Source: Actinomycetes bacterium
Lineage (GTDB): Bacteria > Actinomycetota > Acidimicrobiia > IMCC26256 > PALSA-610
Assembly (NCBI GenBank): GCA_025463875.1
Contig: JAODBI010000049.1
Coordinates: forward strand, 1 to 56,682
DNA: 56,682 nt
Direction: 5' to 3'
Shown: piece after piece, positions 31,364 through 39,842 of the stretch
Numbering within the stretch: position 1 is the first letter of the stretch
How the letters are laid out: each line of letters opens with the position of its first letter
Translations under genes and position numbers: made by a program
The notes under the pieces: model-generated
The model's database searches: none
The model's input: only the letters and a program-made list of their open reading frames with translations
What the model was told of the DNA's origin: nothing

Positions 31364-33395
31364 CATCGTCGATCGACTGAACGAGGAACAACGGGCGGCA
31401 GCGACATTCGAAGGCGACCAGTTACGGATCCTCGCCGGGGCCGGTACGGGAAAGACGACGGCGCTTACCGCCCGGATCGCGTGGCTGGTCGCGAGCGGGA
31501 TGCCCGCCGAGCGCGTGATGGCGCTGAGCTTCACCCGGCGCGCGGCCCGGGAGATGATGCATCGCTGCGACACCCTCCTCGCCGACGCGCCCGTGCGGTC
31601 GGCCACGCGGCGGCGCGGCCGGATCGTCGGCGGCACGTTCCACTCCATCGCGCACCGCACCCTCCGGCGCCACGCGGTCGCGCTCGGGCTGCCCGAGGGT
31701 TTCTCGATGCTCGACGCGGGCGACGCGGCCGACGTCATCGACCTCGTGCGTGACGAGCACGGCGCAGCCGCGAACGGTCGCCGCTTCCCGAAGAAGGGGA
31801 CGCTCCTCGACGTGTACTCGCGCACGGTCAACACGCAGCGGCCGTTGTCGACCGTCATCGACGAAGTGGCGCCCTGGTGCGCCGACCAGGTCGAACCGGT
31901 GGCATCGATCTGTCGCGCGTACGTACACCGCAAACGCACGCTCGGTCTGGTCGACTTCGACGACCTACTCCTCTACTGGCGCGCGGCCGCGATGGACGAT
32001 CGGCTGGGCCCGCTGCTCGCGGCGGAGATCGATCACGTCTGCGTCGACGAATACCAGGACGTCAACGCGCTGCAGGTCGAGGTATTGCGCGCGCTGCGCC
32101 GTACCGATCCGCGATTGACCGTTGTGGGCGACGATTCGCAGGCCGTCTACGGCTTTCGCGGTGCGAGCCCCCGGCATCTGCTCGACATCGGGTCGGTCTT
32201 TCCCGAGATCAGCACGATCCTGCTCGAACGCAACTACCGGTCGGTGCAACCGGTCCTCGACGTCGCCAACGCAGTCAGCGAGGCCGCGCCCGAGGGGTTC
32301 ATGGCCCGCTTGCGCGCGGAATCACCGGGCGGCGAGCGGCCTCGGCTCGTGCGCGCCGCCGACGAGGACGCGCAGGTCGACGCCGTCTGCGAACAGATCC
32401 TGGCGCATCGCGAAGAGGGCATCGCGCTCCGCGAACAAGCGGTGCTGGTACGCGCCGCCCATCACAGCGACCTGCTCGAGCTCGAGCTCTCCCGCCGTCG
32501 TATCCCCTACGTGAAGTACGGAGGGCTGCGGTTCATCGAGGCGGCCCACGTCAAAGACCTCATCTGCCTGTTCCGCCTCGCCGACAACCCGCGCGACGAG
32601 CTCGCATGGTTTCGTCTCCTCCAGCTGCTGGAGGGCGTCGGTCCGGTGCGCGCCCGGCGTGCGATCGGCGCGCTCGGCGTGGATCAACCGGGCACCCCGG
32701 CGGAGATCCTGATGCGATGGCCGCTCGCGGTCGAGGAGCTGCCGGCGCCGTCCCGGCGAACGGCCGACGCCTTCGTCAACGCCCTTCGACCGGCCACCGG
32801 CGAGTCGGTCGGCGCGCACGGCGAGCGGCTGCGCGACGCGCTGGCACCGTTGGTTGCGACCGCCTACGACAACGCCGACGCGCGGGTCGCCGATCTGGAT
32901 GCACTCACGGCCGCCGCGCACAACGCGGCGCGTCTGTCCGACGTCGCCGCCGACCTCACGCTCGAACCGCCCAACTCGACGGGCGATCTCGCGGGGAATC
33001 CTTCGATCGACGAGGACTGGCTCGTCATCTCGACCGTGCATTCGGCGAAGGGGCTCGAGTGGGACGTCGTCCACCTGCTGAACGCGGCCGACGGCAACTT
33101 CCCCTCCGACATGGCGCTCACCTCCCGCGAAGGACTCGAGGAGGAGCGCCGGCTCTTCGATGTGGCGGTGACGCGGCCGCGGCGTCGTCTGCACGTGTAC
33201 TTCCCGCTCCGGTTCCACTACCGGCCCCGCGGCCGCGACGACGACCACACGATGAGTCAGCCGAGCCGCTTTCTCTCGGCCGACGTCACCGCGTGTTTCG
33301 ACACCGTGCGTTCGTCGCGGCACGACACCCTGGCCGGCGAGTCGATCGACGCGGGCTTTCGGGTCGCGACCGAGCTCGACGCGCTCTGGACCTGA
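31356..33395 (+). CDS. ATP-dependent SF1A DNA helicase (UvrD/Rep/PcrA family)
   Basis: LAGAGTGKT, GTFHS, VDEYQD, VGDDSQAVYGFRGA, LERNYRS, STVHSAKGLEW, EERRLFDVAVTR. Confidence 0.93.
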   Translation: MFAIVDRLNEEQRAAATFEGDQLRILAGAGTGKTTALTARIAWLVASGMPAERVMALSFTRRAAREMMHRCDTLLADAPVRSATRRRGRIVGGTFHSIAHRTLRRHAVALGLPEGFSMLDAGDAADVIDLVRDEHGAAANGRRFPKKGTLLDVYSRTVNTQRPLSTVIDEVAPWCADQVEPVASICRAYVHRKRTLGLVDFDDLLLYWRAAAMDDRLGPLLAAEIDHVCVDEYQDVNALQVEVLRALRRTDPRLTVVGDDSQAVYGFRGASPRHLLDIGSVFPEISTILLERNYRSVQPVLDVANAVSEAAPEGFMARLRAESPGGERPRLVRAADEDAQVDAVCEQILAHREEGIALREQAVLVRAAHHSDLLELELSRRRIPYVKYGGLRFIEAAHVKDLICLFRLADNPRDELAWFRLLQLLEGVGPVRARRAIGALGVDQPGTPAEILMRWPLAVEELPAPSRRTADAFVNALRPATGESVGAHGERLRDALAPLVATAYDNADARVADLDALTAAAHNAARLSDVAADLTLEPPNSTGDLAGNPSIDEDWLVISTVHSAKGLEWDVVHLLNAADGNFPSDMALTSREGLEEERRLFDVAVTRPRRRLHVYFPLRFHYRPRGRDDDHTMSQPSRFLSADVTACFDTVRSSRHDTLAGESIDAGFRVATELDALWT

Positions 33396-33609
33396 TTCAC
33401 ATCACCAGCACATCGCCGTCGCGACGGCCGCGCCGGCGTTGCGGACCGCCGAGATGTTGCGGGACGCGTCTGCGACGACGATCGCTCCCGTAGCGCGCGG
33501 CACGCGCTCACGCAGGTCCTCAACTACAAGGGCACATGAGCGGACGCCCCACCCGGCGTCGTTGCCGGGCAGGGCGTCCGCGCTTCAACGTGCGACTCAG
33601 CCGCGACGG

Positions 33610-34260
33610 TCAGGGGTTGCAGGTGAAGATGCCCTCGCTGCCCGAGGTCGGGTCGAGGCAGAGCGGGCCGAGCCCGGTCCGGGCGCTGGGCCGCGTGACG
33701 AACGCGAGGGGTCCGGCGGTGTGCTCACCGTTGAAGGGCGTCATCCCGGTGAAGCCGCAGCTCTTCGCGTCGGCCGGGTTGTTGAACCAGAAGCCGAGGT
33801 GGAACGTGTTGGTGGGTGCGAGCGCGACGTCCTTGTCGAGACCGAAGATCTGATCGAGCAGGATCGTGCGGATCTTGGCGTGACCCGAACCTTTCGACCC
33901 GACGTGCAGATCCGACTGGTACCACGCCAGGCCGACGCCCGAGTTCGGGTCGGCGGCGCCGGTCGCCGTCTGCGGACTGTGCTGGATCGTGAAGAGATCG
34001 AAGTCGAGGTTCGGCTTGAAGCCCTTCAACTCGACCGTCGCTCGGTCGTTGAGATCGTCACGCTTCACCTTCACCGTGACCGTCGGCGCGGGCGAGCTCG
34101 GGTGTGGCTTCACACAGTTGAGGAACGAGGCTTGCGGGAACATCGAGAACTTCGTGTACGAGGGCTTGCCGTTGGCGGCCGCCGAGATCCCGACAGAGCT
34201 GAGTAGGGCGAGAGCAGCGACACCCGCGAACACACGGGCGCGTAGCGAAATAGCGTGCAC
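33610..34260 (-). CDS. Exported hypothetical protein
   Basis: Sec-like signal peptide (RARVFAGVAALALLSSVGISAAA), strong high-GC codon bias, four Cys. Confidence 0.75.
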   Translation of the reverse strand: MHAISLRARVFAGVAALALLSSVGISAAANGKPSYTKFSMFPQASFLNCVKPHPSSPAPTVTVKVKRDDLNDRATVELKGFKPNLDFDLFTIQHSPQTATGAADPNSGVGLAWYQSDLHVGSKGSGHAKIRTILLDQIFGLDKDVALAPTNTFHLGFWFNNPADAKSCGFTGMTPFNGEHTAGPLAFVTRPSARTGLGPLCLDPTSGSEGIFTCNP

Positions 34261-34412
34261 GAGAGACTCCTTTGGCTCGGTCGACGTGTCCCGCGACGCG
34301 GGTCCGTCTTCAGTACGCCGGGAGCGGCGATCGGGTTCTCGTCGTTTCGTGTTTCGCGGTGCGCGTCTCGTGCGGGCCGTATCGATGCCTGATCGATGAT
34401 CTACTGGCGTCG

Positions 34413-34658
34413 ATGGTCGCCAGCGCCGACGAAGCCGTTCGCCACACGATCGCGTGGTTCGAGGTCAACAGCGGCTGGGCGCCGCCCGACCACGACACGC
34501 TCGTCGAATGGGTCGCCGACGGGGTGTGCCGCTGTCCCGACGACTGCATCGTCGCACCCGACGCGTGGTGCGAGCACGGCCTCGCATCCTGGTGGCTGGT
34601 GAGCCGGGCACTCGACCGGATCGACGAACACACCCGCCGTGGTCGCGAAACGGGTTAG
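34413..34658 (+). CDS. Small Cys/His-rich hypothetical protein (possible zinc-binding)
   Basis: DGVCRCPDDCIVAPDAWCEHGLASWW; GC3-biased codons; start uncertain. Confidence 0.7.
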   Translation: MVASADEAVRHTIAWFEVNSGWAPPDHDTLVEWVADGVCRCPDDCIVAPDAWCEHGLASWWLVSRALDRIDEHTRRGRETG

Positions 34659-34667
34659 CGCGCCGAG

Positions 34668-35540
34668 TTACCGCGGAGCACCGGGCCAGCCCTCGCGGAA
34701 GAGATCGATCGGGTCGCGCATGTCGAGCATGCCGAGATAGCCGCCGCCGCGCTCGATCGCGTCGTGCACGGCGTAGCCCAACACCTCTTGGCATTGCTGC
34801 GGCAGCCCCGCCGCAGTTTCGGGTGGTACGGCGAGATAGTTGTTCTCCTCGGTGCGCAGCCAACCGAGGGTGTACGAGAGGTGCACGCCGCGCCGCGGTT
34901 CCGATCCGGTGTGCGCGCCACCGCCGTGGAAGGTCGAACCGAGATAGATGATCGCCGAACCGGCCGGCATCACCGCCGCGACCGCTTCTTCGTCGGCCGG
35001 GTAGCGCCCGGTCTCCCAACGATGACTTCCGGGAAACACCCGCGTCGCACCGTTTTCCGCGGTGAAGTCGACGAGGGCGATGACCGATGCAACCTGCAAC
35101 TCGGGCTTCGGCTCGGGAACGAGATTCCAGACGAGCTCGTCCTGATGCCAGAACTGGCTCTCGGCGCCTGGCAGCCGTTCCAGGAGATGCGCAAGGTTGA
35201 GCTGGTAGCGCGCGCACGACGGCCCGAGGATCGCGTCGCACAGCGCCGAGAACAACGGATGGATCATGACCTCGGTGGCAAAGGTCGGCGACTTCCCGGC
35301 GAGTCCGGACACGTGCCGGGTCTGGGCATGGAAGTACTGCACACCCGGATTGAGGTGGCGCATGTCCGGGTCGGCCGCGTCGACGAAGGGCTGCACTTCC
35401 GCGTTGATCGCATCGACAACGTGGGCCGAGAGCAGATCGCGGACGATCACGGCGCCGTCCCGCATCAGCGCGTCGACGACCTCCTCGGCTGGCGCGCCGA
35501 GTTCCATCGTGTGCAGTCGGCCATCGCTCGGTCGGGACAC
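34668..35540 (-). CDS. Phytanoyl-CoA dioxygenase (PhyH) family protein
   Basis: HQD facial-triad motif, DFTAENGAT..PGSH, HGGGA, GWLRTEEN; AGGAGG RBS. Confidence 0.9.
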   Translation of the reverse strand: MSRPSDGRLHTMELGAPAEEVVDALMRDGAVIVRDLLSAHVVDAINAEVQPFVDAADPDMRHLNPGVQYFHAQTRHVSGLAGKSPTFATEVMIHPLFSALCDAILGPSCARYQLNLAHLLERLPGAESQFWHQDELVWNLVPEPKPELQVASVIALVDFTAENGATRVFPGSHRWETGRYPADEEAVAAVMPAGSAIIYLGSTFHGGGAHTGSEPRRGVHLSYTLGWLRTEENNYLAVPPETAAGLPQQCQEVLGYAVHDAIERGGGYLGMLDMRDPIDLFREGWPGAPR

Positions 35541-35591
35541 GAGTTCCTCCTGTTCGCGCGTCGATCATCGCACGCGGGACAGACTCAGGTC

Positions 35592-36008
35592 ATGGGCATC
35601 GAAGTGATCGAAGCTGCGCGGATGGACGAATACTCCCGCGAGCGAGTCGCATCTGAACGCCCGCGGCGGATCGTCAGCGCTGTCTTTTCCGTGGCGTTGG
35701 CCTGTGCAGCCGGTTCCGCGTGCGGCAAGAGCCTGAGCGCGCAACATCCGGGCGGAGATCCGGACGGTCGGCTGCTCGCCGCGCTGAACTCGGTCGTTGT
35801 GGCGGCGCCACCCGACGCGCAGATCGTCTACGTACACAAGCGCGAATCGCACTTGGGTTCTTGTGACGGCATGGCGGGAACCTGGGGCTGGACCAACGTA
35901 GGGTTCGAAGCGGGATTCGCTTCCTCCAAGTCGAACAACAGGCCGCGCGTCGGCTGGGCATTCAAGACGTCGGCGACCCCTCCCGGCTACCCCGTACGCG
36001 GATGTTGA
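35592..36008 (+). CDS. Hypothetical lipoprotein, possibly a truncated remnant
   Basis: Hydrophobic stretch ending in a lipobox-like AGSAC; weaker codon bias than its neighbours. Confidence 0.4.
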   Translation: MGIEVIEAARMDEYSRERVASERPRRIVSAVFSVALACAAGSACGKSLSAQHPGGDPDGRLLAALNSVVVAAPPDAQIVYVHKRESHLGSCDGMAGTWGWTNVGFEAGFASSKSNNRPRVGWAFKTSATPPGYPVRGC

Positions 36009-36153
36009 TCGCACATACAGACCGTGCGCAACTGCCGCCCGCGATCTCCTTGCCACCTGGAGCCTCGAAGGTCGAACCACCCCGCATCGGGCCTTCCCGT
36101 CGTGCCTTCCCTCATCGTGGAGGCTTGCCACATCGTGGGATACGCTCGCGGGC

Positions 36154-36843
36154 GTGCCGGACGAGGAAGAGATCGACCTTGCCAGCCTTCCCGACGACCA
36201 GCTCGTCGCCCAGATGCACGACGATCTCTACGACGGCCTGGCCGACGAGATCGCCGAGGGCACGAACCTGCTCCTCGGCCGCGGTTGGTCGCCGGACGAC
36301 ACGCTGAACAAGGCGCTCGTCGAGGGCATGCGCATCGTCGGCATCGACTTCCGCGACGGCATCCTGTTCGTACCCGAGGTGCTCCTGGCCGCGAACGCGA
36401 TGAAGGCCGGTATGGCGATCCTGCGCCCACTGCTCGCGGAGACGGGCGTCGAGCCGATCGGGAAGGTCGACATAGGCACCGAAAAGGGCGACATCCACGA
36501 CATCGGCAAGAACCTCGTCGCGATGATGCTCGAGGGCGCGGGGTTCGAGGTGTTCGATCTCGGGATCAACACCGATGCCGACGAATTCCTGGCTGCCCTC
36601 GACGAACACAAGCCCGACATCCTCGGCATGTCGGCCCTGCTCACGACGACGATGCCGTACATGAAGGTCGTGATCCAGACCCTCATCTCGAAAGGGATTC
36701 GGGACGACTACATCGTCCTCGTCGGCGGCGCCCCGCTCAACGAGGAATTCGGCACGGCGATCGGCGCCGACGCGTACTGCCGCGACGCGGCGGTGGCGGC
36801 CGAGACCGCGAAGGCACTCGTGCGCGCCCATCGAGCCGCGTGA
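36154..36843 (+). CDS. Stand-alone cobalamin-binding (corrinoid) protein, cap plus B12-binding domains
   Basis: GM..VG.DFRDGILFVPEVLLAANAMK, GDIHDIGKNLV (DxHxxG), SALLTTTM, VGGAP. A -10 TACGCT 7 nt upstream suggests a leaderless start. Confidence 0.95.
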   Translation: MPDEEEIDLASLPDDQLVAQMHDDLYDGLADEIAEGTNLLLGRGWSPDDTLNKALVEGMRIVGIDFRDGILFVPEVLLAANAMKAGMAILRPLLAETGVEPIGKVDIGTEKGDIHDIGKNLVAMMLEGAGFEVFDLGINTDADEFLAALDEHKPDILGMSALLTTTMPYMKVVIQTLISKGIRDDYIVLVGGAPLNEEFGTAIGADAYCRDAAVAAETAKALVRAHRAA

Positions 36844-36845
36844 AC

Positions 36846-37484
36846 ATGGACGCCCGGCGCGAGCGCCCGCCACTCGTCCTCGCTTGCGGTGCGCTCGCCG
36901 GCGATCTCCGCGCGGTCCTCGCGGCCGACGGTCTCGCCGCGCACATCGACGTCGAGTACCTGCCCGCCAACCTGCACAACCGCCCCGACGCGATCGCGCC
37001 CGCCCTGCGCCCGCGCCTGCAGGCCGCGGTCGACGCGGGGCGCCCGGTCTTCGTCGCGTACGCCGACTGCGGTACCGGCGGCGCGCTCGACGCGCTGCTC
37101 GCGGAGTATCCCGGCACGCACCGCCTGCCCGGCGCGCACTGTTACGAGCTCTTCGCAGGCTCGCACGCGTTCGGCGCGTTGCACGAGGAGGAGCTCGGTA
37201 CCTTCTATCTCACCGACTTCCTCGCGAAACACTTCGACGCGCTCGTGTGGAGCGGGCTCGGTCTCGACCGCCACCCCGAGCTACGCGACACGTATTTCGG
37301 CAACTACCGGCGGGTGGTCCTGCTCTCGCAGGCTCTCGATCCCGAGCTGCTCGCGCAAGGTCGCGCGGCCGCCGATCGTCTCGGGCTCGCCTTCGTCCAC
37401 CGCAGCACCGGTCGCGACGGTCTCCGCGCGCCGGTGCTCGCCTTCGCCGCCGAACCCGAAGCTCGACATGCCGCGGCGCGGTAG
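36846..37484 (+). CDS. DUF1638 domain protein
   Basis: LACGAL, LPANLHNRP, YADCGTGG, HCY, GTFYLTDFL, LGLDRHPELRD.YFGNY. Confidence 0.88.
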   Translation: MDARRERPPLVLACGALAGDLRAVLAADGLAAHIDVEYLPANLHNRPDAIAPALRPRLQAAVDAGRPVFVAYADCGTGGALDALLAEYPGTHRLPGAHCYELFAGSHAFGALHEEELGTFYLTDFLAKHFDALVWSGLGLDRHPELRDTYFGNYRRVVLLSQALDPELLAQGRAAADRLGLAFVHRSTGRDGLRAPVLAFAAEPEARHAAAR

Positions 37485-37872
37485 CGGTCTCGTCGTCATC
37501 TTCTGGCGCGACATTCCTGCGCAGGTGAACGCGGGCTCGGGCGCGGAGAAGCATCAGGTGATCCTCCCGCGCCGCTTCCAGCGCGCCGTCGACGACGCGG
37601 CAATGGTCGCCGGCAAGAAGACCGCGAGCGAGTACGTCGGCGAGTGGCGACGCGTCGCGATCGCGGTCCCCGACGACGCCGGAGGGATGCAAGCCGCCGC
37701 GGAGCAGGAGGCGCACCGGCTGGACGACGCGTTCCCGCGCGAACGGCTGCAGCAGCTCGTGGCGAACGGCGGCCGCGACCCCGATGCACCCGATCCCGTG
37801 CCGGCGCCGGCGGCGGCGTCGGACGCGATCGGTGATCTGCCGACCTTCGATGTGAAGGAAGCGCGGCCGTGA
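37468..37872 (+). CDS. 'Virulence factor' (CvfA/B/C-like, PF13769-type) small domain protein
   Basis: IFWRDIPAQV, LPRRFQRAVDDAAM, Y..EWRR signature. Confidence 0.82.
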   Translation: MPRRGSGLVVIFWRDIPAQVNAGSGAEKHQVILPRRFQRAVDDAAMVAGKKTASEYVGEWRRVAIAVPDDAGGMQAAAEQEAHRLDDAFPRERLQQLVANGGRDPDAPDPVPAPAAASDAIGDLPTFDVKEARP

Positions 37873-39842
37873 GCGCGACGCGCCTCGTCGGAGAGCCGAC
37901 GATCGTGTTCACGCCGAGCGGCCGGCGGGGAACCGTCCCGGCGGGTACGACGGTGCTCGACGCCGCGCGCCGGCTCGGTGTCGATCTCGATTCGATCTGC
38001 AACGGACGGGCGTTATGCGGTCGTTGCATGGTCACGCCCGGATTCGGCGAGTTCCCCAAGCACGCGATCGTGAGCGACCCGGCAAGCCTCGACACGGCGA
38101 CCGGCGCGGAGCGCGCGTATCGCGGCCGTCGCCCACTCGAGCCGACGAGTCGCCTGGCGTGCTCGGCCCACGTCCTCGCCGACGTACTCGTCGACGTTCC
38201 CGCCGCGAGTCAGGTCCACCGGCCCGTCGTACGCAAGTCGGTCGCGCTCGACGATCTCGTCATCGATCCCGTCGTGCACCTCTACGTTGTCGACGTTCCG
38301 GCTCCCGATCTCGGCTCCGACCGCAGTGAGTTGCGCCGCCTCTACGACGCGCTCGCACTCGAATGGGGTCTCACCGATCTCGACATCCGATCCGCGATCC
38401 TCGCCACGCTCCAACCGGCGCTGGCTCACGGTGCGCGCACCGTCACGGTCGCGGTGCACGGCGGTCACTGGGTGTCGGCCGTGTGGCCGGGCTTCGTCGA
38501 CACTGCGTACGGAGTTGCGGTCGACGTCGGCTCGACGACTGTCGCCGGACACCTGTGCGATCTCACGACCGGCGAGGTGGTCTCGTCCGCCGGGATCATG
38601 AATCCGCAGATCCGTTTCGGCGAGGATCTGATGAGCCGCGTGTCGTACGTGATGATGCACCACGACGGCGCGGCCGAGCTCACCCACGCCATCCGCGCCG
38701 GGCTGCGCGACGTCGTCGACGAGCTCACCCTGACCGCCGGCGTCGAGCCCGATCGCGTCGTCGACCTCGTGCTCGTCGGGAACCCGATCATGCACCACCT
38801 CGTGCTCGGCATCGATCCCACACCGCTGGGCACCGCGCCGTTCACGCTCGCGACCGACGAGCCGGTCGATGCGTGGGCCGACGACATCGGGCTCGATCTC
38901 CCCAACGCACACCTGCACGTGCTGCCGTGTATCGCAGGCCATGTCGGCGCGGACACCGCGGCGGCGGTGCTGCAGGAGGGCCCGCACCGGGGCGACGCCG
39001 TCATGCTCCTCGTCGACGTCGGGACCAACGCCGAGATCGTGCTCGGCAACCGGGAATGGCTCTTCGCCGCGTCGAGCCCCACCGGGCCCGCCTTCGAAGG
39101 AGCGCAGCTCTCGTGCGGAGTGCGAGCGACGACCGGCGCGATCGAGCGGGTCCGGATCGACCGCGCCACGCTGGAGCCGCGCGTCAAGATCATCGGCGTC
39201 GACGCCTGGTCGGACGAGGACGGCTTCACAGAGCAGGTTGCGCAAGTCGACGTCACCGGCGTCTGCGGCAGCGGCATCATCGAAGCAATCGCCGAGCTGT
39301 TGCGCGCGGGTGTGATCCTGCGCGACGGCACGATCGACGGTTCCGCCGCCCCCCGATCATCCCGGGTGGTGGCCGACGACCGCACCTTTGCTTTCGTGCT
39401 GTACGAGGGAAGCACTCACGAGCTGCGGATCACGCAGAACGACGTCCGGGCGATTCAGCTCGCCAAGGCCGCTCTCAACGCCGGGATCCGCCTCTTGATG
39501 GATCACGCGACCATCACCGGGTTCGACGCGGTCCGGCTCGCGGGCGCGTTCGGGAGCCACATCGATCCCGCGTACGCGATCGCGATCGGACTGATCCCCG
39601 ACTGTGATCCCGCGATCGCAACGAACGTGGGCAACGCGGCGGGCGGCGGTGCGGTGCGCGCGCTCCTGTCGAACGCGGCGCGCGTCGAGATCGCCGAGGT
39701 CGCGCGCCGGATCGTGAAGATCGAGACCGCGACCGAGCCCGCGTTCCAGGCGCATTTCGTGCGCGCCATGGGCATCCCGGATTCCGACGAGACCGCGCCG
39801 CGCCGTACCCGCCGCGCGACCAGGGGGGTGCCCACACCGTGA
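37869..39842 (+). CDS. Reductive activator of corrinoid proteins (RACo/RamA-like; [2Fe-2S] plus ASKHA ATPase)
   Basis: CNGRALCGRC...RLAC ferredoxin, DVGSTT, NPQIRFGEDLMSRV, DVGTNAE, GPAFEG, GVCGSG, DVRAIQLAKAAL, LAGAFG, GNAAG. Confidence 0.93.
   Translation: MSATRLVGEPTIVFTPSGRRGTVPAGTTVLDAARRLGVDLDSICNGRALCGRCMVTPGFGEFPKHAIVSDPASLDTATGAERAYRGRRPLEPTSRLACSAHVLADVLVDVPAASQVHRPVVRKSVALDDLVIDPVVHLYVVDVPAPDLGSDRSELRRLYDALALEWGLTDLDIRSAILATLQPALAHGARTVTVAVHGGHWVSAVWPGFVDTAYGVAVDVGSTTVAGHLCDLTTGEVVSSAGIMNPQIRFGEDLMSRVSYVMMHHDGAAELTHAIRAGLRDVVDELTLTAGVEPDRVVDLVLVGNPIMHHLVLGIDPTPLGTAPFTLATDEPVDAWADDIGLDLPNAHLHVLPCIAGHVGADTAAAVLQEGPHRGDAVMLLVDVGTNAEIVLGNREWLFAASSPTGPAFEGAQLSCGVRATTGAIERVRIDRATLEPRVKIIGVDAWSDEDGFTEQVAQVDVTGVCGSGIIEAIAELLRAGVILRDGTIDGSAAPRSSRVVADDRTFAFVLYEGSTHELRITQNDVRAIQLAKAALNAGIRLLMDHATITGFDAVRLAGAFGSHIDPAYAIAIGLIPDCDPAIATNVGNAAGGGAVRALLSNAARVEIAEVARRIVKIETATEPAFQAHFVRAMGIPDSDETAPRRTRRATRGVPTP

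Noticed and set aside
36009-36153. Cobalamin riboswitch upstream of the corrinoid operon
   Set aside because: Only fragments (CGCAACTG, GCCAC) are present, with no B12 box in the right order. The first gene looks leaderless.
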